Source: Nitrosopumilaceae archaeon (GTDB lineage Archaea > Thermoproteota > Nitrososphaeria > Nitrososphaerales > Nitrosopumilaceae). From it: a stretch of DNA of 64,000 nucleotides. The stretch lies in assembly GCA_965207375.1 (NCBI GenBank), contig CBDBMG010000001.1:352001-416000 (forward strand). The letters run 5' to 3'. Shown here piece after piece: positions 38,566-52,063 of the stretch (position 1 is the stretch's first letter; each line of letters begins with the position of its first letter). Both the position numbers and the translations under genes were made by a program. The notes beneath the pieces were generated by a model. That model did no database searches and was not told where the DNA came from. It was given only the letters and a program-made list of their open reading frames with translations.

Positions 38566-41339
38566 TACATATCTATAGCCATATATTAGCCACTGATCAG
38601 TGATGATTAACTATAATAATTAGCTAATAGAGGCTGGCCAGCTATAGTTTTTCAAACTGGTGATGGCCTCTAATATAGTATAATATAAGTACCGAGCTGT
38701 TGTGCCTTGTAAAACTGCAACTAAAGAATTAGAACTACATGCCAGCCAGCTTATTAAAAGAGCTACTAACCAAACATGATATATAATTTATACTGACCAA
38801 GCTAATTGAATTATTGACCAATTTATTGGCTAATTTATTGTTAGAAACCACATAAAATCTGATTGGCTAAAAATGTCAGGTCATGCAACTACACATATAA
38901 CATTAAATTCGGACCACAAGCAGGCTGATTGGCTATATGTAGGCTACATAGGAAGTTCAAATGAATAAAATATCGTTAATTGTGTGGCCGGAACAAGAAG
39001 TGCAGATTTTTTCAGTTGCAAGTTATTTATGTCCCTAAGTGATAATACATTGGTAGAGCTCAGGCTTAGCTGTTGAAAGCTACGTATCAAATAACTTTTC
39101 GTACAAACTTTCAACTGAAATGATCATGTCTCGGATCATGTACCATTTTGATACGTAAAATTCCGTATTCCATAGTGCATCTGATAGGTTTCACCTTGTA
39201 ACTATCGAATTGATTGCCAAAATTGTGGAGTTGGATCAAGATGGCTCATCTAGCTATATACTTGTTAACAGCATTGGATTTAGTAAGTTTTTGGTTATAT
39301 CTAGCGTGATTTTTGTAGTACACTAAGTAGCCTGAGGGATATTGCGAGGTAGTTTATTGTGGCAGCCGGGGGGTCAGTAACGAGACAAAATCGATTTGAA
39401 AGTTGGGTTAAATTTCTTCAAATTTCACATGAACTTAAATTATTCTATTATAAGCGCACCTTTGTAATTAACGCCATAACGAAATTTAAATCCTGCCCCG
39501 GCTGCAAAAGCCAAGCAGTTTTCCGCATGCCGAATAATTGTGTTTGTGCATTAATACCCTTTGCGTAGTTCTACTGCTGAGAGTGAGGCCGGGAGTTTAC
39601 TGTTCAGAGCTCGGTTCAGAGACTCAGATTTCCGAACGGTTATCCCCTCAAGTTACTTGGTTTTTGTAGAGCTAACTAGCCAGCCATTGCACTATACCTA
39701 GCAATGTGGAACACACAGAGACACTGACACACACACGCAGTTCAAACAGCCGGACTCTTCCTGTGAAAGCCGTAGTTATGGCCATAGCTACGCACGTGTA
39801 GTGCATGATGGCCAATCAATAATAGCTATAGGTACAGTAAAGTATCTGTTTGACTCATATCATCTAGGCTACAAAGCCTCACACCTCACCTTGCACAAAA
39901 CCTTCATCTACTTTCATGATTCCGTGCATAATGTAAGTGAAAGTCCCCCATGCACTCACTCTTGCAAGTCTGACAATCAGCAGCCATCTTGGTGGTAACT
40001 AGCTAGCTATATCCTAGTTCACGTGATCGAGCTGATATATTGCTAACTATGCTTTAGCTAGTAAGTATCTATGGCCTATGGTTATATAGGTATATGTATA
40101 TAGCTAGCATTATAACATAGCTATATAGCTATGTAAAAGATTCATACATGATAAGTAACATATCACTGAATATAGGTATAGCCTCTGTATAACGGCATCT
40201 GAACTGATATCAACCAGCTAGCTGTAGCTATACACCTGCTACAGAGCTAGACATAGCCGGCATTTCAGCCTCCTATTAGTCTGCTTTAATTGCTGAAATT
40301 TTATAGCTTTGGTACTGAGGACCTGAAAATATCTTGTAAGTCTGGCCTGTCCAGCAGTGCTGATTCTGCATGTGGAGAAAAACAAAAGAAAACCATTCAA
40401 ATATACGCAGCTATTTAGCTAATTTAGCTGATGATGGTAACCATATTTGTTAAAGTCTATTACTGGCCTTGATTCATAGACCTTTATTATAATTGAGATG
40501 CATATTTGAAGTCAGATTTCAAATTTCTAATTTCAAGCCAAATTTCAAATTTCAGAAATAAATTTCACAAGGCATTGACAAAATTTCAGGTCGTTACTGA
40601 CCCTTTGGTGGCAGCTAGGCAGCCAGCTATGTAGAATCAAGGGGGCGGTAACACAATTAATTCTCTTTTACCATAGGCGATTTTAAGGGGTCTGGGATAT
40701 AGCCCCCCACCCCTACCCTGTTGAAAATAAGTTGTGAAAAATCTTACAGTATAGCTACAACACTGATGGTAATTGATTAAACAGTGAGTTTATAGAGTCT
40801 AGCACATCCAAAGTTTCCTAGGACATATAGCTATACTTAATTAAGGAGCAAACTTCACAAAATTTATATTTCTGAGTGAAGTAGTATAACTTCCTTGGTC
40901 CCCTGACAAAAACCTAAGCCCCCTGTATCCTAGTTCTAGAATTATCACTGGTTTTTACACGTATAGCTACACCTTAAAATGCTACTAGTTTGATTATACC
41001 ATGTATAAGGGCTCTCTCTGCTTAAAGTGTGTGTCATGTTATACCATCTTGATAACACAGTGCATGGTTAGCCCCCTCACCTGCCACCTCAGTCAAAAAT
41101 ACAAAAGGATGGATATGTTGTTAGAACACTAATTCTTGTCCATTTAATTGCATAACAATTTATACTAAAGGGTAGCTATGCGTTGAATTAAATATACTCT
41201 AAATCTGGCATTTCTGTACTTTACAAAATAGAACATCCCATAGCTTCTGAGGGCTACACCCCATAGCCCCTGCTTTAGAGATCCACTGTACTAGCTGTGC
41301 TTAGCTCCCCTCTCTAGATCTGCCTATGGCTGAGTGGGA

Positions 41340-42075
41340 TCAAGACTCACGATAGTGAGTCGCGAGGCCAAGAAGAAGCAGGCCGTACGCAACAAACGAG
41401 TGAGTCATTTACATATAGCACCGCTCTGAAATTTGTAAACGCTCTAATTAAGCCACCATGGTAGCTATCGCTTAGTTATCAAGGACTCAGCATGTTCTAA
41501 CTATATAGAATCAGTAAACCGACAATGGAGGAAATCGGCCTCACCGATCCTAAGTACCAGCCATTATGAGTTTTATGGCACCCATTTGTATGCCCACGCT
41601 CGAAAACCATCCCCTTGGCACCTATTCACTCATTTACTAAACAAATAGTACCTTCAATGTATGAAGAATTGTTGACCTGAAGTCGTTTGATATCCATGAT
41701 ACGAGTTTTCCGTACGCGCCTTATAAAGTCCTTCCTGTCATCAAAAATATTTTAGGCAACCGTCGTTTTTTTTCTTTCTTTCATTTTCATCGCACACTTT
41801 TTGTGGGCTTGCGTGACCACCGGAATTTATAATTGAAACACTCATTTAGTACATACACTTGTTTGTCTAATAACTCACTCATTTCTGCATGGATTTCAAC
41901 CAAATTTGTATCAACACTTCTCCTATGTATGCTCTACAAAACAAACAACTTTCAGCATAAAGCAACCACCTTAATATATTTGAGAGATACGTTTACATTG
42001 CATGCTGATAGTTTCCATAACTTGGACCCCCTTATAATGATTGGAATAAAATTTCAGATACACAAACAATATTGA
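41340..42075 (+). repeat. Dispersed repeat with an inverted homolog at ~61490-61900
   Basis: gccttataaagtcct and acttgtttgtctaataactcactcatttct have reverse-complement matches at ~61828-61841 and ~61680-61708. Confidence 0.65.
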
Positions 42076-42536
42076 TATATGAATCTTCAGGATAAGTTTA
42101 AAGAAATTATGACACTTCAGTTTGTCAAAATTAGCCTTTAATGATTATATTCATGCTTATGTGCCATGCAAGATAATTATACCAAACAACAACAGGTGAA
42201 CAGTGGCCACACATTATAAATAGGAGACCACTGTCCTGTTAGCATACACAAATTTTATTTATATTGTCTTCTCCTGTAGATCAACAGCACTAGTAGAGGA
42301 TGGCAATGATGTAGCCTTCATTGAAGTTCTCAACTGTTCTCCACCTACATAGCTAACAATTATAGTAATAACACATACTTTATATGTTCATTAGCTACTT
42401 GGGGGAAATACAAGGGAAACACCTAAAGTATTACCTTGCTCCTCTCTCCTTTTAAAGTTTATTACTCTGCATACTTTATATAAGGTTTCTTGTCAGGACT
42501 AGTTTATAATTGTAATCTGTTTACAAAAAGCAGTGA

Positions 42537-42936
42537 TATGCTAAACAAAAACAGCCTGGCTGTAAAAAAGTGCGAGGCCAATCAGAAGCCACAATGGTTA
42601 TAAGTGACCAAAAACTCTGATATCAAGTAAGGCCAAGAAGTTGAACATTTTTTTATGAATCCTTTTACTTGAATGACATACAATAGTGTACAGGGCATTT
42701 TCACAACTATGATTGGCTTTGTCACTTGGCCACCAAAAAAGTGGCCAAGTGACAAAGCCAATCATAGTTGTGAAAATGCCCTGTACACTATTGTATGTCA
42801 TTCAAGTAAAAGGATTCATAATAAAATGTTCAACTTCTTGGCCTTACTTGATATCAGAGTTTTTGGTCACTTATAACCATTGTGGCTTCTGATTGGCCTC
42901 ACACTTTTTACAGCTAGGCTGTTTTTGTTTAGCATA
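42537..42936. mobile_element. 400 bp near-perfect palindromic (foldback) MITE
   Basis: Arms 42537-42733 and 42741-42936, loop caaaaaa, about 4 differences, TA ends; relatives at ~10015-10200 and ~61275-61430. Confidence 0.92.
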
Positions 42937-45094
42937 ACCTATACTACCCTACTTCATGAATTTTTAATCATATAGCCCTTTCTGTCTCATTGTTGCTGTT
43001 TTCACAGACTAGCTATGGGGAAATACATTATGTAGTGAATGATGGAGGTTATAAAATATGGATCTAACTAGATATAAAATATAAAGTCTGGGGGGTTGAA
43101 ACCCCCAGGGTACCTGACCATGGCACTGAGGGATACTAGTTTCCCAGTGAATAAGTCTTGCGATTAGCAGTGCAGCCTCTATTAAAATATCCTTCTTTTC
43201 TTTCCACAGTTAAGGGGTTTATCACAAACACTACACTATATCCCGCTATAAACCTGTGAGAAGGCTTATATATATATATAGCTTGTTGACAGGGATGCAG
43301 AAAAATCATGTCACGATACTCTTAATCAGTATGCACTTTACACATGCAGTCTGCTATACACCAGACTACATATTATGAAGACAGGCCATACTGGAACAAA
43401 ATTGAACAAAAATTTATTACATTATATAATTATGTGATCTGTTAGACTACACCCACTGAGAATAACCTTCAAAGCATAGTGCATGAATGCCTTCCCTATA
43501 CAATATCTCTGTGGTGCTTAGCCCTATTGAAGCACATTTAAATGCTGGGCTTCAGTTTATGGCAATATAAATTTTGTCCTACAATGTCTGCAGTGAATGA
43601 AAAAGAATAACAGTAAACTTGAAAAACATACTATGCACCATGTTATAAATGTCTTGCATGATAAATAAAATAGACTGTACATGAGCTTGTGCATGATATT
43701 TTTATAGGCACTGGTGATATGGGGTCAGCAGACACTTGCACCAATCGTTCCAACCTTTCCCCCTCCTCCAACCATGAATGCTGGTATAGTCAAAATATTA
43801 TTATTTCATTATTTAGTTATAAAAATTGTATTTATAAACATAGGAACACACTCTGGCAATGACTAATACAAAAATGTCCATCAAAAGTATGTAGTTATAG
43901 CTAGAATTTAAAAAAATCTTGTGCCAGTGTTGTTCCATATATCCTACTGCATTTTCCTTGGAATTTTAGGCATGGATGGCACTTAACTTGATTATTCTAA
44001 CTGTAGTGATTATGTGTCTAAACATTTAATTACCGTCCGACCAGAAATTGCTTTGGAGTTGGGTGAACCACAGAAAAGCCTACTGTCAGCAAGGTGACTT
44101 CCTTTTGATAACCTTACGGTCATCTCTTCCCATGGATTATTCACCACCTACAAAATATCACTAAACTAAGCCATGATTTAAGTTGTTGATGCATCCGTTT
44201 GATAAACCTGCTGTTCAACTTTGTCCTATTGCACTACAGGAGCGTGTTTTGGGATCTTCACGTGGCAATGATATCCTTGATTGACTTACTGTTCATTGTT
44301 CAATCTAGGGATGCCACAATATAAATTTTTATGTCATATGTCATGGAGAATTATGTCACGACATGTCATATGTCACAACATAAACTATAATGGTTTCACA
44401 ACACTTTTTATGCATGCAATTAACATTAATGTTAAACAGTTTTTCAAAAATAAAATATTGACATTGACATCAACAATACATAACAACAATAACATTAACA
44501 ACAATTTTATATTACATCATAATCAATAAAAACTGTGTCACGACATAAAGCAACCTATATCATATCATGGAATTTTATGTCACGACATGTCGTATGTCAC
44601 GATTATCGCAGCATTCCTGTGTTAGTTATGGAGATAGGCTTCCTGGATGCGATCACAGTGCTGTAAATGGGTATTAGGCTTCTCCCACCTTGTACATTCC
44701 AAAATTTATCACTTACTTTTAACGATTTTGATACAATTTGATTTAGCTGCTATTCCGTGAAGTGTAATGATATTGACTCTTGCAATTGGGAGGAATCTCT
44801 TCCTAACTGCTGCAACTAATCCTTTGGAGTGAAGCTTTAAGTGCAAATAAACAGCACCCAGGAGCACCAATAAAAGGCTGCAGGAGATTTTCAGCTATAG
44901 TGACTCAGTATCTGAAATCTCCAGGTCATGATGATGTACACATGATAGAGAATCTCTTATTGTAATCAAACACTACCTTCATGATGGGAACAATCTCTAC
45001 TATATATATGATATCCAGCAGGAAATCTCAGTCAGAAATAGTCAGTTATTGCAGTAACATTAGGTATGATCAAAGCTTAATGTCAACAACCTTA

Positions 45095-46905
45095 ATTTAT
45101 TATTTAGACAAGATGGCTGTATCTACGTACCAAGATAGGTTTTCACACAGGTCCTCATTACAATCAAAACAAATAACTACACGATAACTAAAACTATGTA
45201 GCAATACTAACTATATACAACAACAACAACATTAGCTATATACAACACAACATACATAAAATATAAACTACATCACATACAAAAAATCAATTAACTAGCT
45301 AGGTACAAAAACAAGTACATGCCTGAAAGCTGTCAAATTTTGTAATACACGAATAGAGGCAGGCAAACCGTAAAGAGTACTTGCCAAAATCAGTTTTTGG
45401 ATGAATCAGGTGAAGTTTATCCCTACCTCGAGTACAGTCATAGCCAAATGTTGAGCTACCTTTTCATGTATTATTGAAATTACTTTTACATAAAACACCA
45501 CTACGATTAGGGCAATCGGAAACAGTGGAAATTGAAACTGGAAATAGAAAACTGAAATTGAAAAACTGAAATTTCTAAAATACAAACTCTGCTTACTAAA
45601 GCTGCTTAAACACTTCTCTACCTTACTGTGCATTAAATAGAATAGTACAGAAATGTATATAGTTTGTTTTTTGAGGTACCTTAAATCCTCGAATGCCTGA
45701 TTTCTTCACACATGGTCTTTCTGAATGGTATTTGGTGGTACTATATTTTTGAAGTGCTTAATTTTATGAATCTATCTATATCTGCGAAATTCACATATAT
45801 TAAGTATGTATGTACCTCAAAAAACCAACACTATATGGTACCATATACTTCAGCTTTTTAGTGAGTGTAGCCAGACTGAGTGTATAAAGCAACACACAAA
45901 ATAGGTTAATGATACTGAAGTTTAATTGACCTACATAATCATGCCAAAATTATTTATCTGCATTTCCGGAATCCATATGTTTTCAACCATATTACCCATT
46001 TATTGTACTCTACTGTATATTTCTTATTTAATGCATTGTAAAGCAGAATAAGTAAGTAGAATTTGTATGTATATAAATGCATTATAACAGATAGTATAGA
46101 AATTTCACCTTTTCAATTTCAGTTTTCCATTTCCATTTTCAATTTCCACTGTTTCCAACTCCCCCTACGATTACAGAGACTACTACGAAACCTACTGGGA
46201 GAAGCCCCCTGCCACTCATCAGAACTGACATAATTGTTCATAAATATGTAATATAAAACTCACCCCCAAAGCAGCATTTTTATGCCCCACTCCTACCAAC
46301 TCCACTATAAACCCAGACCTTCATTTCAATTGAAGCAAAATATCATGATATAAATCATCAAATAAACAAAACTTATCACAATTCCACTATTACTTCCCAC
46401 TAACAACGACCCCAAAAGAACCATTCTCATATTTATTATACCACTAGACAAATATTGTTTTCATCGAGGCCTTAATTAACCCCCGATATCACCCACAAGT
46501 AAAGACAAAGTCACACATCAAACCACAATTTTCTCTTCAACTGCATTAAATACTTATCTTTGGTATAGTAACAAGCAACAAGATAATATAGAAAATGGCC
46601 CCCCATAAACATCCGGGGCCCAAAAATGAAGCGGCGCCATCATTATTTAGATAATAATGCAACAGTAATTAACCCCCGACCCCAATTTTCTAACAAACCG
46701 AGATAATTGTTCCGCAAAAAACAAACCTTACCACTCCCTCAATAAACAAAAGCCACCCTCCAATAAAAAGATGGCAGAAAATACCACACCCAAAATAAAC
46801 AATTTTAAAGTCTCCTCAACTTCCCAGATCCCCCAGGCCCATCCTAACAACACAAAAACCCTAAATTTTGCATTTTGAGTCCTAAATATATATCATAAAT
46901 TGCCA
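45095..46905 (-). mobile_element. Degenerate LINE 3' remnant
   Basis: Minus strand reads YDCTRGRDKLHLIHPKTDFGKYSLRF (RT C-terminus-like) followed by an A-rich tail; absent from the duplicate near 12190. Confidence 0.55.
45510..46164. mobile_element. Mutator-like MITE with 9 bp TSD, nested in the LINE remnant
   Basis: ~65 bp TIR gggcaatcggaaacagtggaaattgaaa.. / ..tttcaatttccactgtttccaactcccc; TSD ctacgatta. Confidence 0.85.
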
Positions 46906-47409
46906 CTAACTGAAGGGATAGTGCTCATAGAAGGATCAACAGTTGATACTGTAGAACCACTGATCCAGAACACTTGCATGGAGTTGGGTCAATGGTTGAT
47001 GGCTTGATATTGTTCTATGGAGTAGCTGATCAAACAAACAAGCTGTCAAAATCTTCTCTAACACAGAAAACTGGATAACATTAGGAAAAGATCACCTGCT
47101 TTATAGTACCTCATAGATCACCCTGTCACCATTGACAGCATTGTCATATAATTCCAACTCCAATATCACGTGATCACTTCTGCCGAAAGGATCGCTAGGA
47201 AGAGATTTCAGATCTGATCCATAGCTACAGCAGTTTGTGAAGTAAACTAAAAGGCGGAAGTTGTAGTAGTGTGATATGATTGGCTATTATTTTATAACTT
47301 CACAAACCGCTGTATCAGTATCCGGATCCATAAAATCGTTTTTGCGCGTGATATTTGCGAGGTGTCATGTCTTGTGGCATGTTTATTTCAGTTTAATCAA
47401 TGTACGAGA

Positions 47410-47497
47410 ATGAAAGTATTTGTACAATTTGTGCTTTTGATGTTACTGTCATGTAATGACCCATGCTGCAGCGAGAGAACCATCATTCCAGGATGCG
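47410..47497 (+). CDS. Signal-peptide first exon, likely of the IgGFc-binding/Calx-beta gene
   Basis: MKVFVQFVLLMLLSCNDPCCSERTIIPGC + G|gtaagt; phase 1 matches the acceptor at 57416. Confidence 0.72.
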
Positions 47498-50400
47498 GTA
47501 AGTTCTGCGGCATAATTGTACGCATGTAGCTATAAAGCCAGGCACATTTAATTACTTGTTTCTCCCCCGCATCACTCCAAACACTACCGCCTTAAATTTC
47601 AGTGTGTTACATATTTGTGTTTATAAATTCATTATGACTTTGCGGATTTTTCATAACTAGCTATATATCTTTTCCTCTCACCCCATCAAAACTGCGGATC
47701 AATTGTAACAAGTTGACGTATCACCATCTAAAAACCAGGCGCTGTGTGTAAGTTAAACCACTGTTAATCTACTGTTATTCAATGTATTGTAATAGTTCTT
47801 AATGACGTCACCAGTGAGTCACGTGAGCAGAGACTCATCACTAAGGAACACATAGCAACGCATGCGAATTTAATTCTGTTTAAACCCGCTTTGTACTCCA
47901 GTACTTTAGTGATAAAACTTTTTGAAAGTAGTATAAAGTTGTTTTATGCCGAAATTCTTACCGTAACATTCGGTAACATTATAGGCCAGTCTTCTTTTAT
48001 AAGCTTCGCAACCCGCGCGGAACGCCCACTTTTAAAACTGACGCGCTCCGTCTTGTTAGTAATGTACAACTGGTTAAACGGCTTTTTACCGTGTAATGAA
48101 CGGCAAATACAGCATTACCTTGCTCTTCTTTGGCAGTAACACACGACGCGCTTCGTAACTAAGGCCCCGCCCATCAACAGTATCGATGGTCCTCAACTGT
48201 TGAATAAAGCAGCTCCTTCTGCATGGAGGTGATATAGCTATAGCAATACGTATATGTAGCTACATGTGGTTGTGCTAAAGGTGCATGGCAAAATTAATTT
48301 TCGTAATCTAGTGCTACGAAGTGAAATTATTAGGTTACTGACTATTGGCAATGTTCACACTGTTAAGGGCTGCCTTTTCTAACAGTTATCAGAATCATAC
48401 AAAAATCATTACGACTGCACCTCTAATAATGAATAGCACTGAATAACTTATCACCAAGGTAAACATTTTAGGGCATAAACCCTGTCTTTAGATGTGTCTG
48501 TGCATTTTTACCAAAATCAAAAAAATTGCAAGATTTAATTGTGACTTGCTATCAAGATGGACATCATTTCAGCTGAGAGGTAAGATATGTAATTAGTTAT
48601 ACCAGATAGCTTTCAACAGCCAGAGTTAGAAGATTATAGAAATTTAATTTTTGTGCATCGGTAATCATAAGATGTACAAAATTTCTGTAAAAACCTTCAA
48701 ATAGGAGATTTTGCATTTGAACCAGGTATATACTTTACAAGAGCACAATGTTTATTTACAAAGGGAATTTCTTGCCAAGTTTTCAGAAAATTTGTCCCTA
48801 CTGATTATAAAGATTTAGGTTTGGTTGGCCATATTTGTCAAAAGTCTAATCTCGTAATCTGATTTTAAAATGTATGGTAAATTTGCTGACCAAATTAAAT
48901 GCTTTGAGAAAATGGCCAATATAGCCAACTACATTATATACTCATAGCCAATCCAAACCTATCCTTGCAGCCCATTTAGTTCAGTAATGATATAAGTAAG
49001 TATACTGGTAATGGTCTATAGGGATGGGCGATATTGATATTTTGGCATGCGATCATTGTGAAGCAACGGTTATCACGATTATTGTCTTACCTATATCTGC
49101 ATTGAAAACTGTCTACAAATGTGTCAAAACATTCCAAAACTGGTCATGATAAGTGCCGATTAGCACGATTATTAGTAGTAAAAATTACAGGATATCAGAT
49201 ATTGACAAAGAAAATATCATAGTTAATAGACGAAACTGGTTAATTGCCCATCCAGAATGAAGCCAGTCATTTGAGTACAAGGGAAACCTTACAAGCTCAT
49301 TAGAGTTGCATTACCCAATGATTTGTGGCAGCGATAATTTCATATAACACTAAATATCATAACAGCACATAGCCCCTTATAAGGTACCACAAGTAGCAAT
49401 TCTCCATAAACCATTGCTACACCACAAAATATGTTTATTCCTTATATAGTCAACTACAAATCAATAGTGATATTCATAACTGAGATAGCTTACCTCTCCC
49501 ATAAATTTGCTGTACAAATTATACCACCATAGTTTGTGGCTGCATTCTATAAAGTTTATAATTTGCACAGTCTTAGGTTTATGTAAGTGAGTTGTGGATG
49601 ACCATTTATATAAAAATTCATAGCTATGTACAATATCCAAGGAATCACAATAGGTTGGTGAGTCACAAGACCAAATTAATATGTTAATAAAATACATGAC
49701 TACTGCCAACAGTATCGTACACATAGACAGTGGAAGTGGGGGGCCAGGGGGCCATGGCCCCTCTTAAATTTTAAGACTCTCCATAGGAATTCAATTTTTG
49801 CAATAGAAAATCACTTGAGTTTAGCTAAACTTTCTCCACCACTAATCATACATATGTATAAAATGCCTTACTGAAAAATACCCTTAACAATACTGGGCTA
49901 ATAAACCCATCATTTTTCTGTACCTAATATCTAGCAATTTGCTATTTCAATCATCTGACACAGGATATGCAACAGCTACGCATATCTTTTTTCTTTTTCC
50001 ATGCATCCTCATTAAGATATTCATAAGCTCCATCAGACACACTAACATCAATAACTGTATGATGCTCATTCTACTTACACTATGTATTTTGTGTTATAAT
50101 GATAAGTTTGTTATGTTCAACCTCAAAAACCTATCAGTTGTTTTCCTTATGCTTTTGTTCAGTATTCCCTAAATCAACTTATTGCCGAGTTTGTAATATA
50201 AAAATTTGAATTGGACCACCACTTATTATTACCGTACAACTAGTCTTCTTTCACAATGAGCTTCATTACTAAGGCCACGCCCATCAATAGTATGGCAAGT
50301 GTCATGTAAAGAAACTGAGATCTTGTTTAACCAGTTATTGAAGCTTCATTTTCACATGAATAGTGATTTGTAACCAGGCAGACACATGCATACACAAAGT

Positions 50401-50531
50401 AATTTCAAGAAACCAGGGTTGTGCTGGCCAAAGGTGGCGCATGCCTGGTTTTAAAATTACACAGTTTATTGACAAAGGTAATGAATTCCATAGACTGTCT
50501 TGATTATTGCTTATGATGCTTTGTTTATTAA

Positions 50532-50793
50532 ATAGAACAAAATTTAAAATTTAAAAAGTGAGTAGAGATCGATTTTTCACTGCTACACACTATTCTGGCA
50601 TGAGATAACTGATAAAAGTTTAATCCCTACTTTTGGCTTACAATTTCAGTAGCTTAGTAGCTATGATCAAGCCAAAAGTAGGGATTAAAGTTTTATCAAT
50701 TATGTCATGCCAGAATCTTTAGTGTTCTCTTGTGCCAAAATCTTTGTTTCCTTACTTTTGTAGCAGTAAATTGATCCCTACTCATTTGTTCTA
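50532..50793. repeat. Palindromic MITE-like element
   Basis: attctggcatgagataactgataaaagtttaatccctacttttggctt / aagccaaaagtagggattaaagttttatcaattatgtcatgccagaat. Confidence 0.7.
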
Positions 50794-51459
50794 GTTTGTT
50801 TGCTTTGTATAGCATACTTGTGTAAGTATATAGTTTGCATAATCATATAAATCAATCTGTCTTTCCTTTCCATAATTATGTTATGATAAAGCTATATTAT
50901 ATAGTGCAATACATTGAATCTATTTGCTTAAGTCACGTATTATCAAAAACATCGCATCTGTTAATATTATTAACAGTGGGTGCATTACTAATTATGTCAC
51001 GTGTGCAAGTGGCTGTTTTTGTGTGACGAAGGCACAAATTCATCAATACCTGCTTTTGTGAGTTTTCACCTTTTAAATGGAATAGAGAGAAAGAGAAAGA
51101 AAAAGGAAGATATTGAAGGATGAAAAGAAACACCATGGTGCAGTGGATGATTCGGGATGAATCTTCATCAGAACAACAGTTTTGTAAATCAGACAGGATT
51201 ACCTTTGTTGTGTGAAAAACACTCTAATAGAGCATACAGAAATATTATGCCTATTCTAGTTGTGCATGACCTCCAGTAAACATGAGCACTGAGTCAGATT
51301 GTACTTCCACCTAATTGGGGCGAGCCTGAGCGAGCCCCACACTAGCGAGTCGCCCCCTCAAGATTGGTGTTATCGACCATGCACAAAAAATTACAACAAA
51401 AATCGGGTAACTTACACGTGCAACGAGAATTCAACTGCGTAGATTACAGCGCGTCCTTG

Positions 51460-51912
51460 TGTAATCGTCCATGCCACGATAAGTGAACGGTGTAGATTAC
51501 AGGGTTTGGTGTTATCGTTCATGCCACGATAAGTGAACGGTGGAGATTACAGTCCTTCCATATATAGTTTGGTGTTATCGTTCATGCCACGATAAGTGAA
51601 CGGCGCAGATTACAGTGTTTCCATATATGGTTTGGTGTTATCGTCCATGCCACGATAAGTAAACGGTGTAGATTACAGGGTTTGGTGTTATCGTTCATGC
51701 CACGATAAGTGAATGGCGGAGATTACAGTTCTTCCATATATAGTTTGGTGTTATCGTCCATGCCACGATAAGTGAACGGTGTAGATTACAGGGTTTGGTG
51801 TTATCGTTCATGCCACGATAAGTGAACGGTGGAGATTACAGTTCTTCCATATATAGTTTGGTGTTATCGTTCATGCCACGATAAGTGAACGGCGTAGATT
51901 ACAGTGCTTCCA
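51460..51912. repeat. Tandem array of 8 units with 50/63 bp periods
   Basis: Core tttggtgttatcgt(t/c)catgccacgataagtgaacgg..agattacag; catgccacg at 51470, 51520, 51583, 51646, 51696, 51759, 51809, 51872. Confidence 0.93.
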
Positions 51913-52063
51913 TTATGCCGGGTTCGTCCATGCATGCCACGTTTTGTACGTGTGTGTTGTTTAGAAAAAATGAAACGTGAAGAGAGGTTGCAGCGACGAA
52001 TAGACCTTTACAGACAATGAAGGGACAAGGAAACAGAGGAAGAAAGACAAGGAGAGGTTCATG

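Larger units (their letters stand above)
44132..49758 (+). repeat. Segment duplicated at 11561-14224, with copy-specific insertions
   Basis: Colinear identity; insertions at ~44306-44617, ~45095-46905, ~47700-48205 and 49019-49253. Confidence 0.88.

Noticed and set aside
39340-39800. CpG-enriched promoter or first exon
   Set aside because: No convincing ORF or splice donor could be tied to it.
42598-42876. Twin near-identical 67 aa ORFs on opposite strands
   Set aside because: Artefact of the 400 bp palindrome.
51460-51912. CRISPR array or RT-associated repeat system
   Set aside because: The linkers are two recurring sequences rather than unique spacers; there are no cas genes; the context is eukaryotic; the nearby RT and integrase pieces are nested TE insertions.
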